Under the pieces are notes generated by a model. It had not been told where the DNA came from and did not search any database. It saw only the letters and a list, made by a program, of their open reading frames with translations. A stretch of 63,893 nucleotides of DNA, the filler included, from Hausera hauseri (Eukaryota): assembly GCA_046269625.1 (NCBI GenBank). It is 12 parts of 12 records of this genome, joined end to end, with 100 filler letters (N's around TTAATTAATTAA, not from the genome) between each part and the next. Parts side by side here need not be neighbours in the genome. Positions count along the whole stretch, not along the records: positions 1 to 3,998 come from JBJURY010830194.1; positions 4,099 to 8,840 come from JBJURY010453468.1; positions 8,941 to 15,805 come from JBJURY010056996.1; 9 more parts are not named here. The stretch is one strand, 5' to 3'. A program made the position numbers and the translations under genes. This document shows, piece after piece, positions 1-13,569 of the stretch (positions are counted from its first letter, which is position 1; each line of letters opens with the position of its first letter).

Positions 1-114
1 ATTGGCAATTTTACGAAATTAAACGTTCACCCTTAGTCTAATTAGTGAGGATTGAACAGTATAACCATTCCATGTGGTACTAATTGTATTCAATATTCAT
101 ATTATAGAATTATA

Positions 115-186
115 CAGGATGATCAGCAAAACATAGGATATTAGTGTCGGACATTTACACTTAAACATATTATGCTGATCATCCTG
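115..186. mobile_element. 72-bp Tc1/mariner-type MITE
   Basis: Perfect 14-bp inverted repeats CAGGATGATCAGCA (115-128) / TGCTGATCATCCTG (173-186), flanked by TA on both sides (113-114, 187-188). Confidence 0.6.
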
Positions 187-1826
187 TATTTATAAACAAC
201 ATGCACGCACAAAGTAGACCACAATAAGAAATAGGAGTTTCACAAAAAATTTAAAATATCAAAACTGCATAATTAAAAATCGTAATAAAAGAATTCAAAA
301 ATTTTGATTTAACCAAAACAAAAATTAAAAATATTGAAGAAAAATGCAGAATCAAAATTGAGGTTCATAAGAAATATGCAAATATGTACCTCCAATCTGC
401 TAATGATATAATTTGCATAACGGCCGAAATTGGATTAATTAAAAAAATTTTTTAATGTATATATTGATGAATGAAAAAGGATATTGATTAAATTTAAGAG
501 AGTTGACAGTTATAAACGGAAAATGCCCAGATAAAATAAAATCAATACTCAACTGCAAAGATTAAAGTTATATAATAATGGAACAAGTTTATTTCGTGTC
601 ATAAGAAATTCGATGCATACAATAAATTGTCTTATAATCGCTCATTAATTTATCAAAAATAAATCATGCCATTCAAACCAAAGCTGACAAATTCTATGTA
701 AAAATAGGATATTTAAAACATTTTCTTAGGCGACTTGAACAAAAATGAACGATATTTGAATGGTATATGAAATGGTATGATTAGTAGTATAAAAGCATTT
801 TAAAAAGTAATTGTTTAGTTCGTAATTCACTACAGAACAACGCCATAAATTTATTGACTTTGTACGAGAAATGCAATGTATTCTGCGCGAATGGATGTTA
901 TTATTTAACAAAATTATACCTGTCCGACATATACTATTGCACAATTTAGTTTCCGCCAAATGCTATGCACTTCCACCATCGTTTTTTGAGAAGTCACCAA
1001 ATTGGCTTTTTACGAAAACCCCTCAATAAGTAGATCCCACATAGGAAAACTTTGAGGAACTCAAAAAATGATAGCCGCTGGTGACAAAGTAAGATCGATT
1101 GGAGCGATAGCATTATCTTATTGTAATAGTGGGTTCCTGTGGATCTTTCTAGTTCCATCTAAGGCAGTTCTGTTGGACTTTCGCCAACAGAGCGATTGAC
1201 TCGGTTGGATAATAGTACCGTGTAGACCCAAAAAAGCATGGACTTTTTGTTTTGACACAATCAAACGATAAGATTGTCAAAACATTTTTCTTATATTTAT
1301 TTTTGTAGAGCTCTTTTCGCTTATCAGTTTGCTAAAAGAAAATTTTATTTTCAATGACTAATGACAACGTTATAATCAAAAAACTAAACATTGTAGTAAA
1401 AGTGGGTAAAAAGTACGATACATAGGTACTTATCTAAATATTACAAAGCACGAGAAAGAGTACTTAATTACATACAATAAAGATTTAAATTGAAAATTTG
1501 TGGCACATTTACACAAATAATGGAAATTGTATAATTTTTTGACAGCCTTCCTAAGTACCTAAGCTGTTGTTTTACCTACCTAACATACGGTACCCGGTAT
1601 TTCAAGTTTTTGTTTCAAATTCTAAACTCAGGATCTGCAATCCATTAATCAGTATGTTTATTATTTTTATTAAAATGTCGTACTCTACAAATTTAAAGCC
1701 GGACCGACGAATGCAAATAATCACAACTGGTATGTAAATTGAAAACTCATGACAAAAAGTTGCCTATGTGGAATTATTAAAGAAGACAAGTGGGGCCGAA
1801 AGGATTTATTGTTAAAAACGGGAATA

Positions 1827-3998
1827 TTATGTGATCGTCTTTGAATTTCCCAAGGACCTTTTCGTTGGCGTTGGATGATCCTTCGGATAGTCAGACGTAT
1901 CCATATGCTGAGCCAACTTAGCAAAGTCCTCAAAAATGTCCTCAGTATGAATCTGATAGATGAAACTATCAGTATTCATATACACTAGCTGCATGAACTT
2001 GAATGTGAGGACCATGATGTCATAGTGGAATTTGTACATCAGGGTCTTTGAGAGGTCCAGTATTGCCATATTCACATATATGGGCTTATTGAATTTCAAG
2101 GATATTTTTAGCATATGGACGTTGACCATGATCTCCGAATATATGGTGTTGCTGTGGCAATTGGGCTTGGAAATTGAGCTTCTTTGCCTGCTTCCACTTA
2201 GAAACCAGTTCCATGTTCATCCTGTTGCGTATTTTCTCCATGGTCTTGCCAAAAACACTGTTGTTATAAGGCTTGAACTGGTCCTACTCAAAGTCGTTCT
2301 TGGCATTGGTCTTCAGCTTGGTATTGAGGTCTATGTAGGGCTGCAGCCAGTTGCACTGGCTGAACTGCAGGGCCCGACGGATTTTAGTAATGCGGACAGT
2401 TTACTGGAGATTGATGTAGTGGACTACATGCCTCTCCCTACTATCCAGATGGCAGAGCAGCTTTCTCTGCTTTCCATGGGGCGGAGGCTTTCTCCCAGGA
2501 AGGAAAGGCAGGTGCTTATGCCTTGTGTTTATAGAAGCATGATATTCCATATCCACCTCCAGTATGTATCGAGTATCTCCAGTGGGATCCAAGTCTATTA
2601 TAGGGATGTTTTCAGGATTCTTGACCAAATTGAGGTTATCATATGGCGATGGGGGGCTTATTGCTTACCCATATAAGTTGTTGGCCTCAAAGTATGAATA
2701 TATGATGATTCCTTGGATGCATCACACTGGGCCATATATTTGTTGTTGGCCTCACAACACCGGTGAATGGCTGGCATATTCCACCTCTAATGCCTCTCTC
2801 AATCATGAGGATCATGTCGTAATCCTTTATGCTCTGCAGACTAATACCTGTATAGCGCAGCATAGATGCCCAGCTAATCCTTGGACCTGTAAAGAAGTTA
2901 TTGGGGTTCAATGCATAGTTCTTTATCGTAACATCCCCGAAACTGTCAAAGACATCCGTGAGCAGCTGCATGTCTCTCTTGAGGTATATGTCGCTGTATT
3001 CTTTTAATGTTAGGCATTGGAATGCATGCCAGATATTTTGGGCATTCTGATCATTTTTGTCATTGATATGGCTGTCCGACAGCTGTCTATAAAAGCCCTT
3101 CTTGTCCGGCAATGATGGTTCCTCCAGTGTTTCCCATGATGTGATGTAATCATAGGAAAACACTCCTTTCTTTTGGACTAGGTCAAATGTAGTGGGGAAG
3201 AACTGCTTCATCTCCTTGAGTTATTCTGCAGGGAGGTTCTTCACTAAACTGTCAAATGAAGCTGACATGAAACGAAAACTGTCTACGAAGCGAAGCCTGA
3301 TTTTTCCAACATGCTTCGTAAATGTGGTATACTTCTACTCCTATTGGGAACTACATCAATATTTCCTTTTAATATTTCCCAGTTTCGAATCATTGAAATG
3401 GGAATCATAGCCACTAAGATTATGGAGCACTACAGTCACATATGTACATGTTTTGCAACGTAGATTGCAGTTGTTGCATGCCGCACCTCTATATATTCCT
3501 GTAAAATGGCAGTGATCTCTGACTTTATAATTCTCCTTAGTGAATAATTTAGAGCACAAGTAACATTCTGTTACCTTGCGCCATTCTTCTTTCTGCTTCG
3601 ACATGCTCTTTGTATCCTTATGCTGCTGCAGCATATCTCCAATCCTATGAACCATTTCTTCAAGTCGTTTCACGAAATTAGCTGCTGCGCCTGGACACCT
3701 GAGTAGAAGTGGATTACTGTCCAGTCCTTTGGCATACATGCAATACGATGAGAATTCATGATATTGGTATGCCATTGTGCTGCTATGTTTGGGATTGGGA
3801 CTGCAACTTTGAACTAGATGCAGGATCGCTTCAAAGTTGCAACAGATAACTATTGGGACCTTGATCTTCTCGAACTCCGTGAAATCAATGTGATCCTCTT
3901 TGAGAAAATCTGGCCTGATACACTAATTATTGTTGCAGTAGATCTTGTTCTTTTTCAGCTTCTTCACAGCTACATCGCCGCTGAAATGGGATAAGCAT
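1827..3998 (-). pseudogene. Maverick/Polinton protein-primed DNA polymerase B, frameshifted and 5'-truncated by the contig end
   Basis: Fragments across frames: CYLC...KVRDHCHFTGIYRGAACNNCNL (endonuclease-VII-like Zn motif), HNLSGYDSH, KGVFSYDY, IRGG, KPIYV..AILDLSK.LMY.FHY, YMNTDSFIY (degenerate motif C). Several stops and frameshifts. Confidence 0.93.
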
Positions 3999-4098
3999 NN
4001 NNNNNNNNNNNNNNNNNNNNNNNNNNNNNNNNNNNNNNNNNNTTAATTAATTAANNNNNNNNNNNNNNNNNNNNNNNNNNNNNNNNNNNNNNNNNNNN
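3999..4098. other. Artificial contig spacer; also at 8841-8940, 15806-15905, 21164-21263, 26107-26206, 31704-31803, 38543-38642, 43339-43438, 50438-50537, 54592-54691, 59112-59211
   Basis: Identical 44N-TTAATTAATTAA-44N block, which places stops in all six frames, occurs 11 times. Confidence 0.98.
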
Positions 4099-4510
4099 GA
4101 AGACACTAGCTTTGATCTTAGTCTCAGAAAGCTTAGGGAAAAAGTCTTGAAGAAACTTGGAGGTCTTTAAAGTCCATAAAGGTCTTGACGCTTTTGCACT
4201 CCTCTTTGAAGTGCATCGAGTTTTCCAGGGGAAGAAACGGGTATTTGTTACCGTTATGGAGCAGCACTGCTTTACGGCTCTTGCATGAGCCATCTATGAA
4301 GAGGCGCCACTCTTTTGGGTTACATGCAATTCCAAATGATTAGAACAGACCTGTCACATTGTGGCATAAGCAGATTCCATATTGATGGGTGAAAAGTTGG
4401 AAAAAAGATGGTGACGCTTCTTCTGACCTGCAACTTGAACGCTTTATTCCAACAAGTTCCATTCCATGAGTCTAGAAGTCAAAAGTTCGGCATTTGACAT
4501 GGTAAAACCA
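4099..4510 (-). pseudogene. Chapaev3-like (CMC) DNA transposase fragment
   Basis: Manual translation with one frameshift and stops: SNAELLTSRLMEWNLL...CHNVTGLF*SFGIACNPKEWRLFIDGSCKSRKAVLLHNGNKYP, matching the EWRLFIDSSxxSLKAVLLHNGN block I recall for this family. Confidence 0.65.
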
Positions 4511-5060
4511 AAAATAAGGCAATTTCAGAATATCACCGTCCTGATCGCAAAAGCATAGTTTGGGGAGAATAAAAGCAGTTTTCTTTATTTATTAGTCATA
4601 ACCAATAAGGAAATAACACTCATTAACCACGAACAAAAATGTGTTATATAGCGTAATCATTTTGTTAACAATCCACGTAAGACTATTAGACATTTTGGAT
4701 TCCATAGTCATAGAAAATGTAAGAATTGTTATTTAGCCTAAACAAATTTTATCGAATTCATTGAAAAAAGATGAATGAACTTGGGAAATACCAGCCCATC
4801 TGAAGTTGTAAAAAGATAAAATATTTTCCACACTCTGATTCGAAGAAGGGCTTCATTCGCTTATTATGTACACTTTTCAATATATTTTACTATGAATTTT
4901 GAAATTTCCTTCAACCAGCATCTAATGGAATTAATATGCAACTGTGAAGCATAATTCTGAACTTTGACAAAATTTTTGTTCCTTTTCTGAAGACATTGTC
5001 CTATTAACGATCGAATTATATTGCTTTCTTGATGTTATGTCCATATAAGAAATATCCATA

Positions 5061-6162
5061 TAGTCGTAGCCAAAAATGAGCATAATTACACTATTACATG
5101 ATTTTTTGATGGAGTGCTTAGAAATGCTTGTAAATCTCTGTCAAATGATAACAAATTGCCACCCGTGAACAAATTTAAACTTGCTAACAGAGAATTCACA
5201 TTGTTATTAATTAAGCGTTAGTTCACCTGGTCTTATTTAATATTTCCATGCTTCGATTGAATGTATATTAAAGCAGGACTTACGCATAAAGGTATAATTT
5301 TTGTTGTTATTTGGTTACAATAATATTTTTCATCTGTTTTTGTCATTCATTACATTGTACAAATTTAATCATTTTTCAGGGATGGGTAAGCATCATGATA
5401 TGACTTCTGTTTTGCTCTCAAACATCGGGCTTTTGAAAGATGAAGGGTATGCACAATGTCAAATATCCCAAAAACTTCTGTCGAAAATACAAGCATTGGT
5501 CGCCCAAGCAGTGGGCTAAAGTCTGCTTCAGTAACGAATCTTGCTTTCAACTCATGACGTCCCTCGTTAAATCTTTCAGGAGATTTAAAGGTCAACGTTA
5601 TTTAACGCAATTTACTGTTCCAACTGTCAAACACCCTGACTCAATAATGGTTTGGGCATGAACTGGAGTTAAAGCGAGAAGATCAATCTGGTTTCTTCCT
5701 GAAAACGCCAAAATTAACTCAAAAAGTACATTGAATGTGTCACAGAAAAGCTTCCCACGCCCCTTGCAAAAGGCCAGTATGAAAATTTTCAGCAAGATTC
5801 TGCACCATGCCATGTCAAAGCGATCTATGGCGTGGTCTCATGCAAATAACATTCGTCTTCTGTACTACCAGGTTCCAGTCCAGATTTAAATCCTCTGGAG
5901 ATTTTATGGATAAAATTCAAAAAAATTGTAGCCGCTCAAAATCCCAAGTGTCACAGATTTAGGTAGAATTATTGTGGGGTCATTCCAGACTATTGTAGAA
6001 AGCATACTGGTTCATTACCAAGGCGCATTAAGTCTGCTATTAGCGCTAAAGGTGGTAATACCAAGTATTAAAACCATTTCATTGACGTTTCTGTATTTCA
6101 TTTTGTGTTAATTACAAATAAACGCTTTTGTGAAAATTATGCTAATTTTTTGGCCACAACTG
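5061..6162 (+). mobile_element. Tc1-like DNA transposon, degenerate and internally deleted
   Basis: TIRs TAGTCGTAGCCAAAAATGAGCATAATT / AATTATGCTAATTTTTTGGCCACAACTG with flanking TA. Transposase remnants WAKVCFSNES, PTVKHPDSIMVWA, QQDSAPCH, SPDLNPLE, KGGNTKY*. Confidence 0.88.
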
Positions 6163-6411
6163 TAATATAAGGCACATAATTTGGTCAAAATTTATACGAG
6201 AGAATATGCGAGTGTTAACTAGACGAAAATATTTTTCACTTTCTTGACCGAAGGTCAAGAAAACACTAAACGAAAAGGAACAAAAATTTTGTCAGTTCAA
6301 AATTCATAAACGTAATGCGAGAGACTTGAACAAGTGCTAAATGATACCATATTTCAAAGCTATAATTATATTATTATGGCCTCGTTGGTAAACGTTTGTT
6401 AACATTATTAA

Positions 6412-8455
6412 CCCTTATCTGGCCTAGGTGTAACAAAATGTTACAAAAAATTTCGAAATCAGAAATCGTGGAGAATATTTAAGTTAAAATATTTTCATTT
6501 TAAAAACATGAAGCATACACATACAATAGTTTTTAAAAATTAACGTAAATATCTCACGAACAGGAAAGTAGATATTCCAGTAAAACCATTTGCAAGTCAA
6601 TATGTAACAAAATGTTACAATAATTTTTCTTTGGCTGAATATTAGAATAGCATGGTGATGGTCTGTGTATTACTGATTACAGTCTGTACATATGTTACTC
6701 TTCATCTGTATTCGATACACAGGTCAAATAAATAGTGACAACGATCACAACAATAGCGATAAACTTTAGAACAAGAATAGCAGCAGCCCAACATTAGTCC
6801 ATCACTTATCGGCTGTTGTCGCTCGGATAAAAATCCAAGTAACTCTGCTGTCTGAATAATAAATTTCTGAAAACCTCGATTACGTTGATGTCTCTGTATT
6901 GCATTAGGAGTAGCTAGTTGAAAGGTAATGATCGCATAAAATGTTTCTTTGAAAGCTGATACAAGTCACGTTTTCGATGAATGTATACATTGTTGCAAGA
7001 AACATCAATAATATTGAAAAAGACAAGTAGAGGCTAGCAGACTGTTTTCTTAATGTACCTGATTTCTAACAAATTTTCGTCCATTTGGTCGACTCCTCCT
7101 TTTCCTTTATTATAATCAATGATCATTTCAGGACGACGAGCATCATCTGCAGCAGCAATTGTTCTGCGACCATGAGAAGAACTTAGCAAAATGATCAGTT
7201 GGTTGCGTTTAGGCGCTGCATGATCATACAAAAAACGGCTTTCATTTGGTTCTTGATTTTGTCTAAAACCAGCAGGTACTTCTCGCCGTTGCTTACAAAC
7301 AGTTCCAAGAAGGGTTAGTCTGTTTTGAAGTAAACTGATGGCCAGTGAATGAGTCGTAAAGAAATTATCAGTTACGATATCTCGGTTCGTTCTAAAGAAT
7401 GGACGAGCAAGATCCAAGACAACATCTCTAGCGAGATCACGATGTGGCGGTTCATTTGGACGATGCGTTGTAGCTTCACAAATCCAAAATATTTTAGGCC
7501 GTACTTTCTGGGTTTAGTTCTGCCAGGAATACGGCCTCGATAACCTAGTAATTGTTCATGAACTGTTAGCGTATCACCAGTCAGATAAAAACATCACAGA
7601 TTATCGTTGAAAATCCCCCGAACCTCTGAAACAGCGGCTAGCCTATCAGTTTCAATTAGCAAAAAAAAATTTGAATATATCATTTGATATCACAGCTTTA
7701 TAAAACTGTTTACCATCCAAACCATACCAAATATCATCCAAAGAATTAAAATTGTCCGTGTCCGAACCTGTTCTGATTAGGACACCAATGCAAGAAAGAA
7801 GCTCGGAATAAGAAAATTCTTACATGTAATTTTTGTGCGAAGCTCCACCGTCTTTTCTGTTGGTATGACGTAGTAACAAGCGCAGTAAATCCTCAAAACA
7901 AAATAAAAACGCTTCCTGCTCGGAATTAGCATGAATAATATTACGAGGGGTCTGTGTAACATTGTTTCTTACGCACCGACTATCAGCGGGAAAATCTTTG
8001 GAAAAGAAAATATCGTTTGCAATGTGCTCAATTTGTTGATCATTGCCAGACTCTTGCGAATCACTTTCTTCATAAACATCAATATCTCAGTCGCCATCCT
8101 CTTGAACACCATCAACTTTCTCAGCTGCCAGCGATTCCATCTCCTCCTCATCGTCTTCATTATATACCATGAATGGCACGAACAGCTGCAAGAAAAGTTA
8201 ACCGTCTTTCTTTTGACATCTTGAATTTATAACAACTGCAATACAAAAAAGTCAATTATGAAGTCAACTAACAACTTTTTCAAACCGAATCATTGATAAT
8301 TTCAAATAAATAATCATTATTTCAAACTTCATAACTTATAAACGAAATAATCTACCCGTATTTCAACTTATACTCGGTACAGATTGTCCTATATATCTCT
8401 AACAAGATGTTACACGTTGGTCGTCAACGTATGTAAAAAACTAACCAGATAAGGG
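6412..8455 (-). mobile_element. piggyBac DNA transposon with decayed transposase
   Basis: TTAA-CCCTTATCTGG (6408-6422) and CCAGATAAGGG-TTAA (8445-8459). ORF 7034-7417 carries IVTDNFFT, LLGTV and DYNKGKGGVDQMD. Confidence 0.92.
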
Positions 8456-9844
8456 TTAATCAACATTATATTTTGTACGTCTCTCTGACAAAGCGTTACA
8501 AAAATCCCTTATTTCCAGTAACTGATACCAAAAGCTATATTTTTATCACAAGACTTATGCCTGTTTTGACTTATATTTTATTCCCTATGTACAGTAATCT
8601 AACTGTTAATTGAACTGCCGTGACCGAACTGTCAACAAACCTCGAAAAATAAACATTGTTTAATTTATTGCATTGACTAATTTTGAAATCGATTTTTGTT
8701 TCGTTTAACTAAATTGATTTTTGTTTACCCATGAATTATTTTAATGAAATGTAAATTTCCCTCAAATGGTGTCAGCATTTTTTTACTATAAATACCTGCA
8801 TGTTCAATCATTTTTTATCGACAACTATTCACTGACTATTNNNNNNNNNNNNNNNNNNNNNNNNNNNNNNNNNNNNNNNNNNNNTTAATTAATTAANNNN
8901 NNNNNNNNNNNNNNNNNNNNNNNNNNNNNNNNNNNNNNNNCCATTGTACAACCGAGACAGTCTGACTGAATACTGATTGTATCGTGGTTGACTTGCAGCA
9001 GCAGCAGTATCATCATTGAACTTGGATGCTTCATTAGAATTCATTGTTGTTGTTGTAGTTGTTGTTAGAGGCAGAGAAAGAGAGACGGAGTGAAACGAAA
9101 TTTACACCTCTATATATATATACATGACACGTTGGTTGAAACTGTTTTGTTTATATTACACGTGTGTGCGCTGCAAAATGGCCAATGAGGGTTTTGTTAG
9201 TTTTTTGTTTGTTCTTTTTTCATTGTAAACAGTAGACATTTACTTTATGAGTATTGTCTCATATCACAATGATACAAATTACTTGCACGTCATTGAAGTC
9301 AGTGACACTGTTTCGATCGAAGTCATTCGTAATAAATGTGTACAATTTCTATTAGAGCACATTTACATTCTGGACATTAGTGAGTTACTTTGATGGAGGA
9401 ACACATTTGGCAAACAACGAGATGGCCGCACATTAAGAATACCGTATCAACTTTTCTTTGTCTACATAGAACACACAAACTGACAATCTCGTACTTTTTC
9501 CATTATATTCTCTCTCAAGTTCTTTAATTCACCGCGTACCTTATCAATAGTATTAAAGTAATGTGTCGTACAATCGGTGAATGTACATTTGATTTAATAC
9601 AATTAGATTTTCTATAGAGCTGCAATCTGTTGTTGCTGTCATCAATGCTATTGACGGTTCATCTTCTTTACATCCAAAATCACCTGCCGCTCTCGGAACC
9701 AGCTCACTATCAAGTACTTGCCATGAAAATATGTGACTTTTCATCACAATCATTCTCCTTGTGAGTTGTGAGTAGTAGTAATAGTACTCAACCATGAGAT
9801 CGTCGTACACGACTTTTTACAACAAATAAAAGAAAACGAAACGA

Positions 9845-11040
9845 TATTTTGACTTTTTAACAATGCGTTTTTTCGTTCGTTCGTTCGGTTTCGTTGAACA
9901 TTTTTCACACCCCTACCCATTGGTCTGATCGTGAGGCGGCTATAAAGGAAATGATCAACTACTGATGGGCTACGTGCTGAACCCATTTACACAGCCTGCA
10001 GATATGAACGGTTGGAAATTTTTACCGTTTGAAATTTTCACACCAATTTTTCCACATGTCAGACCGCGTTGAAATTGTGTGCATTCAACTAACCGACATT
10101 TATTTGACATTGCAAGCAAACATTGTGAAATTCGTAACTCGTGTCTAGTTTCTCGCAGAACATTTCCCGTTTTGTTTCTTTTACATCTAGCGCTGCCCGG
10201 TTACATTTTTGTCTGTCGCCGTGGAATAAAAATTTTCTCGCCTCATCAAGCTCTACCGATTTCCATCGGTGACATGTTGTTCCTGCTTGGGGTGGGGTCT
10301 ACCTACCAAAAAGAACATGAAATGCTTGGAATTGCGAAATAGGTGGGGAAACTTGGTCCGCGGTCGATCTGAGCACTTTTGTGAAAGTGGGCACGAACCC
10401 TCACTTCTACCTGTTACACTGATATTGACTTACACTTTTAACAATATGATTTTGACTTGAACTTTTAACAATGCGTTTTTCGGTTCGTTTGTTCGTTCCG
10501 TTGCCGTTTTCATCTGGATCCTTTGCTCTGATCGTGAGGCGGCTATAATATGAAATGCTCAACTACTGATGGAATATGTGTTCAACCCATTTCCACCGCC
10601 GTTTGACTTGTGTAAGGGGAAGTTTCCCCCGTTTGAAATTTTCACATCGATTTTTCCCCGTATTACCATGGTGCGATTGAGTTTTAGCCGTGTCCATTGG
10701 ACTCGCCAACATCGACTTACCCTTTATAAACATTTTGTCAGTGCTGGCAACATGTTTCGCGTTATATATGGCACATTTCTTGTTTTGCTTCTTCCTCTTC
10801 TGGCGCCTCTCCCTTACATTTCTGTACTCCTCACCTATAATACCTTTTGCTCAGATCGTCACGCGCTATCGATATCACTCGGGCCAAAATCCATTGCTCG
10901 AACTCCTTTTCGGCTTGGGGGGGGGTCTTCCGAAATTTTTATTCAAATGTTCGGGACAGCCGCTCAGGTGGGGAAAACTGGTCGACGGACCAATCAGAGA
11001 AGTGAGGTGGAGCGGACTCTTTCCATTACTAAATTACTAT
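9845..11040. repeat. Two diverged tandem units of about 600 bp
   Basis: CTGATCGTGAGGCGGCTATA at 9925 and 10528; TTTTAACAATGCGTTTTT and GGTGGGGAAA blocks recur at about the same offset. Confidence 0.75.
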
Positions 11041-11186
11041 CTAAATCGTCGGCAGAAAACCTTAGATGCTTCAGACAGCGTTGATGTTGTAAAAATTTGT
11101 AAATGTTTTAGGAATAATTACTAATCTGATCTTGAAATTTCATAAATAGAATAGAATAGTGATTGAAATATTTTACAGCTGACGCT

Positions 11187-11385
11187 TGTTCGATATGTCT
11201 GGGCCCAGCAGATTATTTATCACGAACAGATGGACAAAACCTATGCCCACTGCAAGTTTATTATCGAGCTAGAAAGAGATGAGAATCAATTCAGTTCAAA
11301 CTCGTGCGGAGAACTTATCAGGCTGTGCGGATAATTCGTTGGGAAAACACCAAAATTGCCCATTCTGTCGTAGGAAAATCACAAG
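11187..11385 (+). pseudogene. Decayed RING-finger coding fragment (copy 1)
   Basis: CSICLGP at 11187 and CADNSLGKHQNCPFCRRKITS at about 11323-11385; similar to 15015-15137. Confidence 0.55.
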
Positions 11386-11807
11386 CAATATCTGCCGGAG
11401 TATGACAGTAGTAATGCTTCCTGATAACGATAATGAAGACAACAACGGCATATATCTAGTCCGACCGAATGACATTGAATACCGCTCGCCGTAACTTGTT
11501 GACAATGCTACCTTTGGAAAGTATATTTGTATGTAGTTATTTTGCTGGTCTGTTTGATAATCGTTGGACAAAGATCAATATGGAGGATACGATTGCATCA
11601 ATGATTGCTATGCGTCTTACAAAACGCGAAAATACATTAAAATACATCAAATATCAAAAAACTCGATAGAACTGGTGTCCAACTGCATTGGAACTACTTC
11701 AGATTAAATAAGTGACCTATATGGTGTGTTTTCAATGTTTAGCTATGCATAGGTTAAATTTTTTGTTTATATATTTTGGTAGTGTACTTTGCTTGAATTT
11801 TAATCAA

Positions 11808-12221
11808 GTGAATTGTACTGCCAAAATATTTTTTTCAGCGCTACCAACATTAGAAGATTCAAATATCAAATATTCAGATGACCATAATTTATGTTTTCTT
11901 TACAGAATTTAGCTTATTTAAATTTCCACAACTAAATAGCAATATACATAGCGTATATAGCTACATACCGTTTTGCGTGAATTAACATACGATTAAGAGG
12001 AAATGTCAATGAAATTGGCTAACATACCTAAAGTTGAATATCAGAATCCACATTTACTCATCAATGTATTCTTATTTCATGATGAGATTGATGTGGATTT
12101 TGACACTGAAGTGGTCAAAAATCACTTTAACAATGTAATATATAAGCCTCTAACTTCCATTGGTGTGCGGATAAATTTACTTCTGGTTGAGGAAGAAAAT
12201 TACCACTTTAGCAGTAACTGA
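11808..12221 (+). pseudogene. N-terminal fragment of a Maverick-type pPolB
   Basis: With frameshifts: NIKYSDDHNLCFLY...KFPQLNSNIHSVYSYIPF...MKLANIPKVEYQNPHLLINVF...INLLLVEEENYH, resembling the CF...FP..L.DIPKFE..N..INV...INLLL...HY region of these polymerases. 11808-11987 is near-identically repeated at 15626-15805. Confidence 0.6.
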
Positions 12222-13569
12222 TTTGGATCATCTTTTAAATATGGGCCATTCTACATTAAGGATTCAATATAAGCACTAGTGACATTAATGCCTTCACGGA
12301 TTTAGGAGTGGAAATTCTTATGAGAAGAACTTTCCCATGTGTTTCGACCACTATATACAAAATTCCATTAGGCAAATATTGTGAATTTAGGAATTAAGAA
12401 AAATCCATTACAGAAACGGTCATGTTGAAAGTTGAAATTGCCGATTGTAAACTTATCTTCAGCCTGTAATTATGCAGCCCTTAATAAAATTCAAATGTTT
12501 AATGTTTATTCGGGTAAGATTAAATTGGAAGAAATTCATGAAAGTTGCCAAACTCGGTGAGGGTATATTAAAATTCAAACTTGTCAGAGTGATTTCAGAG
12601 TGATTTACAAACAGTCAAGTGTTTTGAATATTTGATTTTTAGAAACCTGAAAATCCGACAAATTTATGTCTTCGTTCATTTATAAAAAGCAACCTTGTGA
12701 TTGTTTGGCTGCTGATACTCGAAAAATTCGTGAGACACTGCTGAAGAAATGACCGAACTTGTAATACGAATATAAAATAAAGTTGTACAATAGCTAAAAT
12801 GAATTTGACTGATTCTTATTGAGGTAACTTCTTGTGATGTATATGTTTTGTGTAAAGGTTTCTGTAAATTATTCTCAGGAGATGTAGAGCTAGGGAGTTC
12901 CCAGAGGATATTCCTTTAAGAAAAGGAATCTGCTTAAAAATTAATAATCAAAATTCAAGTAACACAATAATCTGGATCAATCAACGCCGGAGCAGCAAGT
13001 TCATAAAGATGAAATTGAAGAACTCAGAGGAACTGTTCGTGACACAATCTGATGATGATTTTCTGTTTGATACCAGGTCTGCAGAAAGCAGTAAGAAGGA
13101 GATGGAAGAAGCCGATCAATAATCGAGATTCAGGTCAAACAAAAGTAAAAGGCAGATAGAAGATTATCAAAGACAGATAAATGAATTGAAGGTATGTCAG
13201 GAAGGGCTCAAAAACAAAACAAACGAGCAAGGCATGAAAGTAATATGCATGCGAAAAGAAAGCGGGAAAATTTTCCTGCCTGCCACACACTCGAAAGAGT
13301 TGGCCCATCCAATAATGGAAGACAAAGAGGTGCAGGTTGGTAGCGTTAACATACTAAGTGTTTACAACAACTGCTCTATTACCTACAACTACTACAATTA
13401 GTGTATGTAAGGTTCCACCTTACAAATCAAATAAATACAAAAGAAACAAAATTCATGCATAGGTCCAGTAAAAAAATCATAGAAACTTAATTGAAAGTGT
13501 AGGTTAAGATCACACCTTTCTCCTTCGTCGCAGTAATATGAAGTAATTTATTAATACTATTACTATTAT

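Noticed and set aside
2032-3007. Long + strand ORFs (214 aa and 147 aa)
   Set aside because: They are antisense shadows of the pPolB pseudogene.
3999-4098. Recurrent TTAATTAATTAA inside N runs as a biological repeat or piggyBac site
   Set aside because: It is an identical synthetic six-frame-stop spacer; adjacency across it carries no meaning.
8941-9125. Minus-strand ORF start (MNSNEASKF...) with GTT, GA and TA microsatellites
   Set aside because: Truncated by the contig end and has no recognisable motif.
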